Below, in pieces: positions 1 to 9,338 of a stretch of 45,048 nt of DNA (positions within the stretch are counted from its first letter, which is position 1; every line of letters starts with the position of its first letter). The notes beneath the pieces are model-generated. The model was given only the letters and a program-made list of their open reading frames with translations. It was not told where the DNA came from and did not search any database. The DNA comes from Verrucomicrobiota bacterium (GTDB lineage Bacteria; Verrucomicrobiota; Lentisphaeria; Lentisphaerales; Lentisphaeraceae): assembly GCA_039798785.1 (NCBI GenBank), contig JBDKFG010000039.1, positions 1 through 45,048 of the forward strand, in the 5' to 3' direction. A program made the translations under genes and the position numbers.

Positions 1-99
1 CGACGAGGTTTGTTGCTCATGGGCGGTTCCGTGGGGTGCTGGCTGCGGGTGCTACCCTACTCTCTTATTCCGGGGGCGGGCTTAGAGGGGCACGGCATA

Positions 100-437
100 G
101 ATATTGGCAACAAAAACTCGAGTCGCCGAGTGCCTTGCCGAGCTTCCGCCGTCTCAGCGTCGACGAGGAAACGCCGGGATTGATCCTGGAGCTTGACGGC
201 TGGCGGATCCGCCTGAACGCGGGCTTCGACCGCCAAGCCCTTGGCGAAGTTCTCGATTTCCTTGAGAGCCGTCGATGCTGAGCTTCGGCGCGGCCCAGGA
301 GATCTATCTTTGCGAAGAGCCCGTCGACATGCGCCGCAGCTTCGCCGGACTGACGGCGCTGATCGAAGCGAAATTCGATCTCTCTGCTCTCGGCCGCGGC
401 GCCTGGTTCGTCTGCCTCTGGTACAAGCGCCAAGCGC
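100..437 (+). mobile_element. tnpB: IS66-family remnant: 3' part of tnpA (to 281) and internally deleted, truncated tnpB (275-437); no tnpC or terminal repeat visible
   Basis: ORF ending ...YWQQKL...LELDGWRIRLNAGFDRQALGEVL overlaps the next ATG by ATGCTGA. The next ORF has the TnpB motifs IYLCEEPVDMRRSFAGL and CLWYKR, but the usual segment between FV and CLWYKR is missing. Confidence 0.8.
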
Positions 438-686
438 CTCGTACTGGTGATGGATTGGGAGGATCGCTTCGATCTCCGCCTCTCCGATGCCGATGCTGCG
501 TCCATACATAGCGCCACGCAGGCGATCGATCTCATCTACGCCCGCCTCCTCTCCCAGGGCAATCCACGCACCTGGACACGCGACAGCGTCCGCGACAATG
601 TCCGCGACAGCCTGATCAGCCGCGGCTATGCTCCGCCGGAATTCTCCGACGACGCCGACTTCATCCGCGATCTGGGACTGGGCTGA
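438..686 (+). pseudogene. 5'-truncated acyl-carrier-protein-like gene (PVC-type, ending in DLGL)
   Basis: LVLVMDWEDRFDLRLSDADAASIHSATQAIDLI matches ACP helices II-IV, and the C-terminus FSDDADFIRDLGLG matches the ACP pre-Ser loop. The expected GLDS N-terminus is replaced by IS66 sequence. Confidence 0.55.
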
Positions 687-692
687 AAGGCC

Positions 693-2135
693 TCAGCCGA
701 GGAGGCCCTTGATCACCTTGGCGGGTTCGACCCCGGTGAGACGGGCGTCGAGGCCCTGGACCTTGAAGGTCAGGCGCTCGTGGTCGATGCCGAAGAGATG
801 CAGGATGCTGGCGTGGAAGTCGCGCACGTGCACCGGATTCTCGACGATGTTGTAGGCGAAGTCGTCGGTGCTGCCGTAGCTGATGCCGGGCTTGAAGCCA
901 CCGCCGGTGGCCCAGAGCGAGAAGCACTTGGGGTGGTGGTCGCGGCCGTAGTTGGTCTTGCTCAGGCCGCCCTGGCTGTAGACGGTGCGGCCAAATTCGC
1001 CGCCCCAGACGACGATGGTGTCCTCCAGCAGGCCGCGCTGTTTCAGGTCCTGGACCAGGGCGTAGGCGGCCTGGTCGACGTCCTTGCACTGGGCCCGCAG
1101 GTCGTGGGGCAGGTTGCCGTGCTGGTCCCAGCCGCGGTGGAAGATCTGGACGAAGCGGGTGCCGCGTTCGACGAGGCGGCGGGCGAGGAGGGCGGAGGCG
1201 GCGAAGGTGCCGGGCTTGCGGACGTCCGGGCCGTACATGTCGAGGACGTGGGCGGGCTCCTTCGAGATGTCGGTGAGCTCGGGCACGGAAGTCTGCATGC
1301 GGAAGGCCATTTCGTACTGCTTCATCCGGACACGGGTTTCCGGGTCGGCGATGTCTTGCAGGGTCTGGGCGTTCATTTCGCCGAGGCCGTCGAGCATGGT
1401 GCGGCGCAGTTCCGGCGAGATGCCGGGGGCATTTTGGAGGTAGAGGACGGGGTCGACGCCGGAGCGCAGGGCGACGCCGGCGTGTTCGCCGGGGAGGAAG
1501 CCGGCACCCCAGAGGCGAGCGGAGATGGCCTGGACGTTGGAGCCCGGGTTGGAGTGGGTGGCGTTGATGACTGCGTAGGTCGGCAGGTCTTCGTTCATGG
1601 TGCCGAGGCCGTAGGAGAGCCAGGCGCCGATGCTGGGCTTGCCGGAGATCATGTTGCCAGTGTACATCAATTGCTGGGCGGGCTCGTGGTTGATCGCCTC
1701 GGTGTTCATGGTCTTGATGACGCAGAGGTCGTCGGCCATCTTCGCCATGTTGGGGATGAGCTCGGAGAACATCGTGCCGGATTTGCCGGAGGGGGCGAAC
1801 TTGAAGATCGAGGGGGCGATGGGGAAACGCGCCTGGCCGGAGGTCATGCCGGTGAGGCGCTGGCCCTGGCGGATCGAGTCGGGCAGGTCGGTGTTGTAGA
1901 GCTTGTCGAGCATCGGCTTGTGGTCGAGCAGGTCGATGTGCGAGGGGGCGCCGACCATCGAGAGGTAGATGATGCGTTTGGCCCTGGCGGGGTGGTGCAG
2001 GCCTTTCAGGATACCGCCTTGGCCGAGGCCGGTTTCGGCGCCGCGGGCATTGAGGAAGGGCAGGGCGAAGGCGCCGAGGCCGAGGCTGGAGCCGAGGAGG
2101 AATTGACGGCGGTCGAGGAAGGTGGGATGTTGCAT
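693..2135 (-). CDS. DUF1501 domain-containing protein (sulfatase-like fold, Tat signal)
   Basis: DRRQFL Tat motif; AKRIIYLSMVGAPSHIDLLD, GWDQH, WGGEFGRT, GRDHH motifs; directly downstream of a DUF1553 gene. Confidence 0.92.
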   Translation of the reverse strand: MQHPTFLDRRQFLLGSSLGLGAFALPFLNARGAETGLGQGGILKGLHHPARAKRIIYLSMVGAPSHIDLLDHKPMLDKLYNTDLPDSIRQGQRLTGMTSGQARFPIAPSIFKFAPSGKSGTMFSELIPNMAKMADDLCVIKTMNTEAINHEPAQQLMYTGNMISGKPSIGAWLSYGLGTMNEDLPTYAVINATHSNPGSNVQAISARLWGAGFLPGEHAGVALRSGVDPVLYLQNAPGISPELRRTMLDGLGEMNAQTLQDIADPETRVRMKQYEMAFRMQTSVPELTDISKEPAHVLDMYGPDVRKPGTFAASALLARRLVERGTRFVQIFHRGWDQHGNLPHDLRAQCKDVDQAAYALVQDLKQRGLLEDTIVVWGGEFGRTVYSQGGLSKTNYGRDHHPKCFSLWATGGGFKPGISYGSTDDFAYNIVENPVHVRDFHASILHLFGIDHERLTFKVQGLDARLTGVEPAKVIKGLLG

Positions 2136-2148
2136 GTTCGGTCCCCGC

Positions 2149-5100
2149 TTATCGGTTCAGGGTTTCGTCGAGGTTGAGAAGCTGCGAAGCGAGGAGGGTC
2201 CAGGCGGCGAGCTCGTCCTCCTTGAGTTCGGCGGGTCGCGGCGATTCGCCGACGGCGAGGAGCGCGGCGGCCTCTTTCGGCCGGCTGGCGTAATGGCTGC
2301 GGAACTTGGCGAGGGCGCCGCTCAGGATCTTGAGGCGGGCCTCGTCGGGGCTGCGGCAGGTGACGAGGCGGTGGGCGAGGGCGAGTCGCGCCGCGTCGTC
2401 GCCGGCGCTGGCCAGGACCCGCTGGGCGAGGGCGCGGGCGGCCTCGACGAACTGCGGGTCGTTGAGGGTGACCAGGGCCTGGAGGGGCGTGTTGGTGCGT
2501 TCGCGGCGGGCGCAAGGGGATTCGCGCGAGGTGGCGTTGAAGGTCTCCATGTTGGGCGGCGGCGCGGTGCGTTTGATGAAGGTGTAGAGGCTGCGGCGGT
2601 AGAGGTTCTCGCCCTTGTCCTGCTTGAAGAAGCGGGTGTCGCTCTCCTTCATCGCGACCGCTTCCCAGACGCCGGCGGGCTGGTAGGGCTTGACCGAGGG
2701 GCCGCCGATTTTCTCGACCAGCAGGCCGGAGCTTTGCAGGGCGGTGTCGCGGATGACTTCGGCGTCAAGGCGGTTGCGGGGGCCGCGGGAGAGCAGGCGG
2801 TTGCGCGGGTCCTTCTCCAGTTTCTCGGGGCTGATGCGGGCGCTTTGGCGGTAGGTCTGGCTGAGCACCAGGTAGCGCAGCAGGGCCTTGACGTCCCAGT
2901 TGGAATCGCGGAGGCGGAGGGCGAGATGGTCGAGCAGTTCGGGGTGGCTGGGCAGCTCGCCGGTGGTGCCGAGGTCTTCGGCGGTGATCACCAATCCCTG
3001 TCCGAACACTTGCTGCCAGAGGCGGTTGGCGGTGACCCGGGCGGTGAGAGGATGCTGGGGGTGGAAGAGCCAGCGGGCGAGGGTGAGGCGGTTCTCCGGA
3101 GCTCCGGCGGGCAAGGCGACGCCGGCGGCCGGGGGGACACCCGGGAAGACCTCTTCGCCCTTCTGGTCATATTGACCGCGATTAAGGACGTGGGCATGAG
3201 CGCGGGACTTCTTCTCCCGGGCGATGAGGGTGACCTGGTTGCGCTTGGCGATCGCCTTGCTTTCCGCTTCAAGACTGTCCAAACGCTGACGCAGGCGAGC
3301 CGATTCCGGATCGTAGCTCGATGCGTAGAGAGCCAGAAGACGGGAATGATCCTTGGGATCGCGCTTGTCCGCAGGCGTCTTCAGGATCTCCAGATCCCTG
3401 GCGCTCATTCCCAAGGCGGCCACTTCGGTCGAGCTGAGCAGTCGGGAATAGACACGGAGATCGCGCAGCTGGGCGCCTCCGGCGCCCTCTCCGCCGCCTT
3501 TGCTGCGGTAGCCGAGAGTCAGGGGCACGTCCGTCTTCAGGCTGCCGGTAAGGGTTTCGACCTGGATCTCGACATTGCCGACGCGGTTGCCATTGACATA
3601 GAGTCCGACGCCAGCGGCGCTGCGGCTGCCGTCATATGTGACGAAGACATGATTCCACTCCTTGGGATCGAGAACCTCCTTGCTGACCACCTTCAAGGCG
3701 TTGCCGTTCCAGGTATCGATGAAATGGGCGGCGATGTGTCCGCCTTCAAGCCAGAGGTCCCAGCCGCGATAGCCCGCTTGCGAGTTCATCCGGGCGAGCA
3801 AGGCGCCGTTGGCGCCGTTGGTCCGGAGCCAGCCGCCGTAGGAGAAGGAGTCGGCGGCATCGAAGTCTCCGACATCGCCGATGACGCCGCTGATCTCCGC
3901 GATTTTGGGAGGATCCTGGGTGAAGTCACGTCCCTTGGCGGCGGCGGGAGTGCGGCTAGGCAGGCTGAAAGTCTTTCCTTCGATCATGCCTTTGAAGCTG
4001 CCATCGGCCGCAGGCCTCAGCAACAGCATTGTGTCCTGCGGCGCATTTTGCAAGCTGAAGCCGGCGGCCCAGGTCTCGAAGTCGGCGCTGACGTTCTTGC
4101 CGCGTAATTCGAGCTCCTTCTTGACCTGCTCGATGTCGGCGGCGAGGTAGTTGGCGCGGGCGGCGTCGGCGGGGCTGGGGATGACCAGGGTCGGGGCGGT
4201 GGTGGCGATATTGCCGTCCATCGCCGGGGTGTCGAGGTTGCGGAAGTAGGCGGCGAGGCGGTAGAAGTCCTTCTGGGCGATGGGATCGAACTTGTGGTCG
4301 TGGCAGGCGGCACAGCCGGTGGTCAGGCCGAGCCAGGCGGCGGAGAAGGCCTCGACCCGGTCCTTGGCGTAGATGGCGAGGTATTCTTCGGCGATGGCGC
4401 CGCCCTCGTTGGTGGTCGGGTTGCAGCGCAGGTAGCCGGTGGCGGCGAGCTGGTCCTGGCTGGGGTTGGGGAGGAGGTCGCCGGCGAGCTGTTCGATCGA
4501 GAACTGATCGTAGGGGAGGTTGGCATTGAAGGCCTTGATCACCCAGTCGCGGTAGGGCCAGATGCTGCGGTAGTTGTCGATGTGGATGCCGTGGGTGTCG
4601 CCGTAGCGGGCGAGGTCGAGCCAGAGGCGGGCGCTGTTCTCGCCGTAGCGGGGCGAGGCGAGGAGGCGGTCGACCAGCTTCTCGTAGGCCTGGGGATCCT
4701 TGTCGTTGACAAAGGCTTCGACTTCGGCGGGCTCGGGCAGCAGGCCGGTGAGATCGAGAGCGACGCGGCGGATCAGGCTGGCCCGATCGGCTTCGGGGTT
4801 GGGCTTGAGGCCGGCGGCGGCGAGGCGGGCGGCGATGTGGGCGTCGACGGCATTGCGATTCCACAAGGGATCGGCAACCTTGGGGGCCGGCGCTGCCTGC
4901 GGCGGCAGGTAGGACCAGTGGGCCTGGTACTTCGCCCCTTGCGCAATCCAGCGGCGGATCAGATCCTTCTGGGCGGCGGTGAGGACCTTGTGGCTCTCCG
5001 CCGGCGGCATCAGCTCGTCGGGATCGTCGGAGATGATCCGCTGCCAGGCATGCGACTTCTCCGGGCTGCCGGGCACCAGGCCGCGCAAGCCGTCCTCGTT

Positions 5101-5301
5101 GGGCTTCATCGCGTGCTCCAGGGTGTCGAGTTGGAGATCGCCCTTGGCCTTGTGGGCGTCGGCGCCGTGGCATTGGAAACAGGTGTCCTGGAAGATCGGG
5201 CGGATGTCGCGGTTGAACTCCACCGGTTTGTCCTCCTTCTCTTCTGCGGCAGCGGCGAAGGGAAGCAGGGCGCTGATCAAGGAAGCCTGAAGGATGCGCA
5301 T
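2149..5301 (-). CDS. Planctomycete cytochrome c / DUF1549 / LamG-like / DUF1553 (PSD1) protein
   Basis: Start moved to ATG 5301 (AGGAG SD, signal peptide). Motifs FNRDIRPIFQDTCFQCHG, WLDLARYGDT, CAACHDHKFDP, WNHVFVTYDG (LamG), HPLTARVTANRLW, TNTPLQAL. Confidence 0.92.
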   Translation of the reverse strand: MRILQASLISALLPFAAAAEEKEDKPVEFNRDIRPIFQDTCFQCHGADAHKAKGDLQLDTLEHAMKPNEDGLRGLVPGSPEKSHAWQRIISDDPDELMPPAESHKVLTAAQKDLIRRWIAQGAKYQAHWSYLPPQAAPAPKVADPLWNRNAVDAHIAARLAAAGLKPNPEADRASLIRRVALDLTGLLPEPAEVEAFVNDKDPQAYEKLVDRLLASPRYGENSARLWLDLARYGDTHGIHIDNYRSIWPYRDWVIKAFNANLPYDQFSIEQLAGDLLPNPSQDQLAATGYLRCNPTTNEGGAIAEEYLAIYAKDRVEAFSAAWLGLTTGCAACHDHKFDPIAQKDFYRLAAYFRNLDTPAMDGNIATTAPTLVIPSPADAARANYLAADIEQVKKELELRGKNVSADFETWAAGFSLQNAPQDTMLLLRPAADGSFKGMIEGKTFSLPSRTPAAAKGRDFTQDPPKIAEISGVIGDVGDFDAADSFSYGGWLRTNGANGALLARMNSQAGYRGWDLWLEGGHIAAHFIDTWNGNALKVVSKEVLDPKEWNHVFVTYDGSRSAAGVGLYVNGNRVGNVEIQVETLTGSLKTDVPLTLGYRSKGGGEGAGGAQLRDLRVYSRLLSSTEVAALGMSARDLEILKTPADKRDPKDHSRLLALYASSYDPESARLRQRLDSLEAESKAIAKRNQVTLIAREKKSRAHAHVLNRGQYDQKGEEVFPGVPPAAGVALPAGAPENRLTLARWLFHPQHPLTARVTANRLWQQVFGQGLVITAEDLGTTGELPSHPELLDHLALRLRDSNWDVKALLRYLVLSQTYRQSARISPEKLEKDPRNRLLSRGPRNRLDAEVIRDTALQSSGLLVEKIGGPSVKPYQPAGVWEAVAMKESDTRFFKQDKGENLYRRSLYTFIKRTAPPPNMETFNATSRESPCARRERTNTPLQALVTLNDPQFVEAARALAQRVLASAGDDAARLALAHRLVTCRSPDEARLKILSGALAKFRSHYASRPKEAAALLAVGESPRPAELKEDELAAWTLLASQLLNLDETLNR

Positions 5302-5555
5302 CGGAGATTCTCCTGGAAGCGATTGTGAATCTGGGGACGGAATCTCGAGACGCCGAAAAAATACGCATGTTCCAGGCCGGAAAGGGCGAAAAACGCCGCG
5401 ACCCCAAGTCAAGGACGCTCATGGGTTGAGTTGTGAGCTCTGCAGCTCGCATCGCGCTGAGCACCACGCGCCTCATTTCAGATGGCCAAAGTCGAAAAAC
5501 TTGCAATGCGCGCACTCTGGTCGTAGCTTGGGGAAACCTCAAACCTGGAGCCGAC

Positions 5556-6998
5556 ATGCTTCCTCCGATCCGCTCTGCCCTGGCCTTCGTCTTCCTGTTC
5601 AGCCTGCAACTCGCTGCCGGAGTGCCGGAAAGTGCACGGGAGAAGCCCCTGCCCCTGACTTCGGAAATCGACTTCTCCTTCAAGCTCCTGGCGGCGACCC
5701 AGCCGGATCATGACGGCAATCTCTGCGTCAGCCCTTGGTCGGCGGCGAAGGCCCTCGCCATGGCCGGCAGCGGAGCCAAGGGGGCAAGTGCGACGGAGTT
5801 CGCGCAAGTCCTGTCCCTGGAGCCGGAGAATTCCTCGGAAGCCTGCCTGCTCTATCTGCGCCGGACCCAAGCCTTGCAAAAACAGTGGCAAGCTGCCGCG
5901 AACCCCGCGGGCGACAAAATCGCCCAGGTCCGCCAGGCGCTGCTCCCTCTCGAAGCCGAGCTGAAGAAACTGGGTTTTGAAAACGAACGACGCCAACAGC
6001 AGTTGGTGTCCCGGATCAACGCCTTGCGGACCCAGCTTCCTTGCTTCGAAATCAGCAGCGCCGAGGGGCTTTTTGCGGACCGCAGCCTGCCGATCGAGGC
6101 CAAGCTCCTTGAAGGATTCCGGCAGCAAGGAGTTCAGATCTCCCGCCAGTGCGATTTCCGCGGCGACCCCGAAGCCAGCCGCAGCCAGATCAATGCGTGG
6201 GGAGCGGCGGCGACTCGTCAGCTCATCCCCGAAGTCCTGCCGGCACCGCTCCCGCCCGAAACCCGCCTCTGCCTGGCCCAGGCGGTGTATTTCAAAGGCG
6301 AATGGAATTTGCCTTTCAAGAAAGATCTGACCCAGGAGGCGCCCTTCCTCCTGCCTGGCGGAAAAACAAATCTCAAGTGCCAGATGATGTGCCAGCAAGA
6401 CAGTTTCCCGTACCTGGCCCTGGATGCCAAGGGTGTCCCGGTGGCGAGTCCCGCCACCATTCCCCTCGGGGCAGATCCCGCGAAATTCTTCCCGGCCCAC
6501 GGCTTCCACTTCCTCGAACTGCCCTACAAAGGCCATCGACTCAGCCTGGTCTTGATCACCGCGAGAGATGTCGACGACATCGATAAGCTGACGCCCCTGC
6601 TGACGGCGCAAAACTTCCAGCGCTGGAGCCGCACCGCCAAAAATCGCGAATGCCTGGTCCACCTGCCGCGATTCAAGATCGCCGGCCCCTCCCGCAACCT
6701 GACGGGTGAACTCCAGTCTCTCGGTCTGAAACAGGTCTTCACCGACAAAGCCGAACTGGGCGGCTTCAGCACCGCCCCCTTGAAGCTCGATTCAGTCTGG
6801 CAGCAATGCTTCATCGCCGTCGATGAAGTCGGCACCGAAGCCGCCGCTGTCACCGTTGCCTTGGCCGCCCCGGCAGGGATCGAGGAAAGCGTCCCGCTCA
6901 TCCCGGAATTCCGCGCCGATCGGCCTTTCTGGTATTTCCTCCGCGACCGGCAAAGCGGCGCCATCCTGTTCTGCGGACGGCTTTCAAAACCCCAGTAA
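5556..6998 (+). CDS. Secreted serpin (serine protease inhibitor)
   Basis: Signal peptide; NLCVSPWS, AVYFKGEW, LELPY, HLPRFK; hinge VDEVGTEAAAVT; FRADRPF...SGAILFCGR; GGAG SD before ATG 5556. Confidence 0.93.
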   Translation: MLPPIRSALAFVFLFSLQLAAGVPESAREKPLPLTSEIDFSFKLLAATQPDHDGNLCVSPWSAAKALAMAGSGAKGASATEFAQVLSLEPENSSEACLLYLRRTQALQKQWQAAANPAGDKIAQVRQALLPLEAELKKLGFENERRQQQLVSRINALRTQLPCFEISSAEGLFADRSLPIEAKLLEGFRQQGVQISRQCDFRGDPEASRSQINAWGAAATRQLIPEVLPAPLPPETRLCLAQAVYFKGEWNLPFKKDLTQEAPFLLPGGKTNLKCQMMCQQDSFPYLALDAKGVPVASPATIPLGADPAKFFPAHGFHFLELPYKGHRLSLVLITARDVDDIDKLTPLLTAQNFQRWSRTAKNRECLVHLPRFKIAGPSRNLTGELQSLGLKQVFTDKAELGGFSTAPLKLDSVWQQCFIAVDEVGTEAAAVTVALAAPAGIEESVPLIPEFRADRPFWYFLRDRQSGAILFCGRLSKPQ

Positions 6999-7141
6999 TC
7001 GGGATCTTTACACCCTTGAAATCAATTGCTTGCAAATTTTCATGAAAAATCCTGCGAACAAAGCTTGTCATCGCGCGTCATAAAGATGTAGCTTGCCTTG
7101 GAGGGAACCTTCACCCTCCCTTGGCCAGCCGGGAGGATTTC

Positions 7142-7951
7142 ATGAGCACCATCGAATCACTCTTCACGCGACTTTGGGACGACTACAGCGGCCTGGTCGG
7201 GCAGCCCGGCCGGATCAAGTCCTTGTTTGAGCAACGCGGCGACCGCCCCATGCTGGACCACCTCGCCCTGCGCGGTTTCGGCTTGACCGGGCTGGGGATC
7301 GAGGCTCTGGCCCATCCCTTCCTGGAAGCGGGTTACCGCAAGGCCGCGACCTACAGCTTCGAACAGAAGCAGCTCGATGCCGCCCACTTCGAGCCGCCGC
7401 ACGCCGGCTTGCCCCTGGTCTTCATCTCGCAGCTCCGGGTCGAACGCTTCAGTCCCTGGCTGCAGGAGCGCGTCCGCGCCTTGGCCGCCGCAGTGCCGAC
7501 GGAAGTCCTCGCCGGCAGCCATCTCTGCTGCGCCGGCGTCCCCTGGCCCCGGATCAGCCACGCCGATTACCTACGCCTGCTGCAGGAGTCGGAATACGCC
7601 GCCTGGCTCGCCGCCTTCGGCTTCCGTGCCAACCACTTCGCCTTCCTGGTCAACTCCCTCCCCAGCTTCTCCGGCCTGCCGGAACTGAACGACTTCCTGA
7701 AAGCCCAAGGCTTCGCCCTCAACTCTGCCGGCGGCGAAATCAAGGGCTCGCCGGCCCTCTACCTCGAACAGTCCTCCACCCTGGCCCAGCAAAGCGAAGT
7801 CGAATTCACCGAGGGCCGCGCCATCATCCCCTCCTGCTACACCGAGTTCGCCCTGCGCCATCCCCTGCCCGACGGACGCCTCTTCACCGGCTTCATCGAA
7901 GCCTCCGCCAATCACATTTTCGAAAGCACCGCGATCGGACAAAAATGGTGA
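7142..7951 (+). CDS. DUF1338 family protein (VOC-like, 2-oxoadipate dioxygenase/decarboxylase family)
   Basis: DHLALR, ESEYAAW, ANHF, GGEIKGSP, LEQSST, YTEFA, FTGF...ANHIFEST; GGGAGG SD. Confidence 0.85.
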   Translation: MSTIESLFTRLWDDYSGLVGQPGRIKSLFEQRGDRPMLDHLALRGFGLTGLGIEALAHPFLEAGYRKAATYSFEQKQLDAAHFEPPHAGLPLVFISQLRVERFSPWLQERVRALAAAVPTEVLAGSHLCCAGVPWPRISHADYLRLLQESEYAAWLAAFGFRANHFAFLVNSLPSFSGLPELNDFLKAQGFALNSAGGEIKGSPALYLEQSSTLAQQSEVEFTEGRAIIPSCYTEFALRHPLPDGRLFTGFIEASANHIFESTAIGQKW

Positions 7952-8032
7952 GCCCTGTAATTACGGGTTGAAAAAGTCGTATATAGGCCGAGCGTATCGC
8001 CAACAAACAAGACCAGGCCAAGGAGGCCGACC

Positions 8033-8890
8033 ATGGACCAGCACCAGAAAGCAGTCAAAGCCTACATGTCGGAAATCGGCAATTACGGCTTGGTGACGCC
8101 ACTCCAGGAAGTGGAATTGGCCAATCTGATAGCCGAAGGATCGGACGCCGCGCGGGAGATGCTCACTCACGGCAATCTCCGCCTGGTGGTCAAGATCGCC
8201 AACGAATACCGCCATCTCGGCGTGCCGATGTCCGACCTGATCGCCGAAGGCAACGTCGGTCTGATGCGCGCCGTGCTCAAGTTCCGCGGCGGCCACGGCG
8301 CCAAGTTCAGCTCCTACGCCGCCTGGTGGATCAAGCAGGCGATACGCCGCTGCGTCGCCAACCAGGGCCGCATCGTCCGCGTCCCGATCCAGTCCCTGTC
8401 GCGCTACCGCCAGATCCGTGAAGTCGCCGCCGCGATCGAGAGCAAGACCGGGCGCGCCGCCAATAACCACGAGATAGCGGCGGAAATGAAAGTCACTCCG
8501 CGCACGGTTAGGACCACCATAGTCAACGTCAACACCTCGACCTCCTCGCTCGACGCCGAAATCGTCAACGGCGAGGGCGGTCGGATCGGCGATCTCGTTC
8601 CCGACACTTCCGCGGCCGACCCCGAGGAAATGCTCGAGCGGGCCGACGCCATGCAGCTTCTCCGCCAGATCATGGACGAAGAACTCAACGAGCGTGAAAT
8701 CGCCATACTCAAGATGCGTTTCGGCTTTGAGGACGGCCAGGCCCACACGCTCGACGAGGTCAGCGAACGATTCGGCCGCACCCGCGAACGCGTCCGCCAA
8801 ATCCAGCATCACGCCTTGAAGAAGCTGCGCCTGCGTTTGAAAGGATCCGAATTGCACACCCTGCTGTCCGAAAATCTTCCTCTCAACTGA
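8033..8890 (+). CDS. Sigma-70 family RNA polymerase sigma factor (RpoD/RpoS-like, no region 1.1)
   Basis: NLRLVVKIA, DLIAEGNVGLMRAV, KFSSYAAWWIKQAI, TLDEVSERFGRTRERVRQIQ; AGGAGG SD. Confidence 0.95.
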   Translation: MDQHQKAVKAYMSEIGNYGLVTPLQEVELANLIAEGSDAAREMLTHGNLRLVVKIANEYRHLGVPMSDLIAEGNVGLMRAVLKFRGGHGAKFSSYAAWWIKQAIRRCVANQGRIVRVPIQSLSRYRQIREVAAAIESKTGRAANNHEIAAEMKVTPRTVRTTIVNVNTSTSSLDAEIVNGEGGRIGDLVPDTSAADPEEMLERADAMQLLRQIMDEELNEREIAILKMRFGFEDGQAHTLDEVSERFGRTRERVRQIQHHALKKLRLRLKGSELHTLLSENLPLN

Positions 8891-8912
8891 TCAAGCTCGC
8901 TTGGCGATTTGC

Positions 8913-8939
8913 GGCGCGGCAGACTCTGCCGCGCCTTTT
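8913..8939 (+). terminator. Intrinsic terminator after sigma factor gene
   Basis: Stem GGCGCGGCAG/CTGCCGCGCC with 3-nt loop, followed by TTTT. Confidence 0.7.
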
Positions 8940-8973
8940 CCTCGCATCGATTCAGAATTCAGAAAGCGGGACG

Positions 8974-9002
8974 AAAAACGGCCGCTCTTTCCGGAGCGGC
9001 CG
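8974..9002 (-). terminator. Intrinsic terminator after the small Cys-rich gene
   Basis: Stem CGGCCGCTC/GAGCGGCCG with AAAAA on the + strand (U tract on the - strand). Confidence 0.7.
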
Positions 9003-9028
9003 CCTTGAAGATAGAAGCGAAGAAACGA

Positions 9029-9238
9029 TTATTTGGTTTCTTCTTTCTTGGTTTCTTCTTTCTTGGCTTCTTCTTTCTTATCGCACTTGTCGCACTTCTC
9101 GCACTTTTCCTTGTCGCACTTCTCAGATTTTTCGCACTTCTCAGTCTTCTCACCTTTTTTCTCGCACTTGCCGCAGCCGGCGTAGGCGGGGACGGAGATC
9201 AGGCACAGAGCGGCGAAGAGGGCCATCAGATTTTTCAT
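9029..9238 (-). CDS. Small secreted Cys/Lys/Glu-rich low-complexity protein (69 aa)
   Basis: AAGGAG SD; signal peptide MKNLMALFAALCLISVPAYA; mature GCGKCEKK...EKCDKEKCEKCDKCDKK; own terminator. Confidence 0.8.
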   Translation of the reverse strand: MKNLMALFAALCLISVPAYAGCGKCEKKGEKTEKCEKSEKCDKEKCEKCDKCDKKEEAKKEETKKEETK

Positions 9239-9338
9239 GAGAAACTCCTTGAGGTGTTTGTTGAGGGGGAGCCAAAGGTTGCTCCCCATCCCCAAGATAT
9301 ACCGCTTGTCCTTTCTGCACAAGGAGGAGCATCGCCGC

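Noticed and set aside
5302..5555. Longer N-termini given by the ORF track here and for lgt, rluD, alr, the pilin and HEAT-vWA
   Set aside because: Downstream ATGs have an SD and/or a signal peptide or family-typical start; the extensions are not protein-like.
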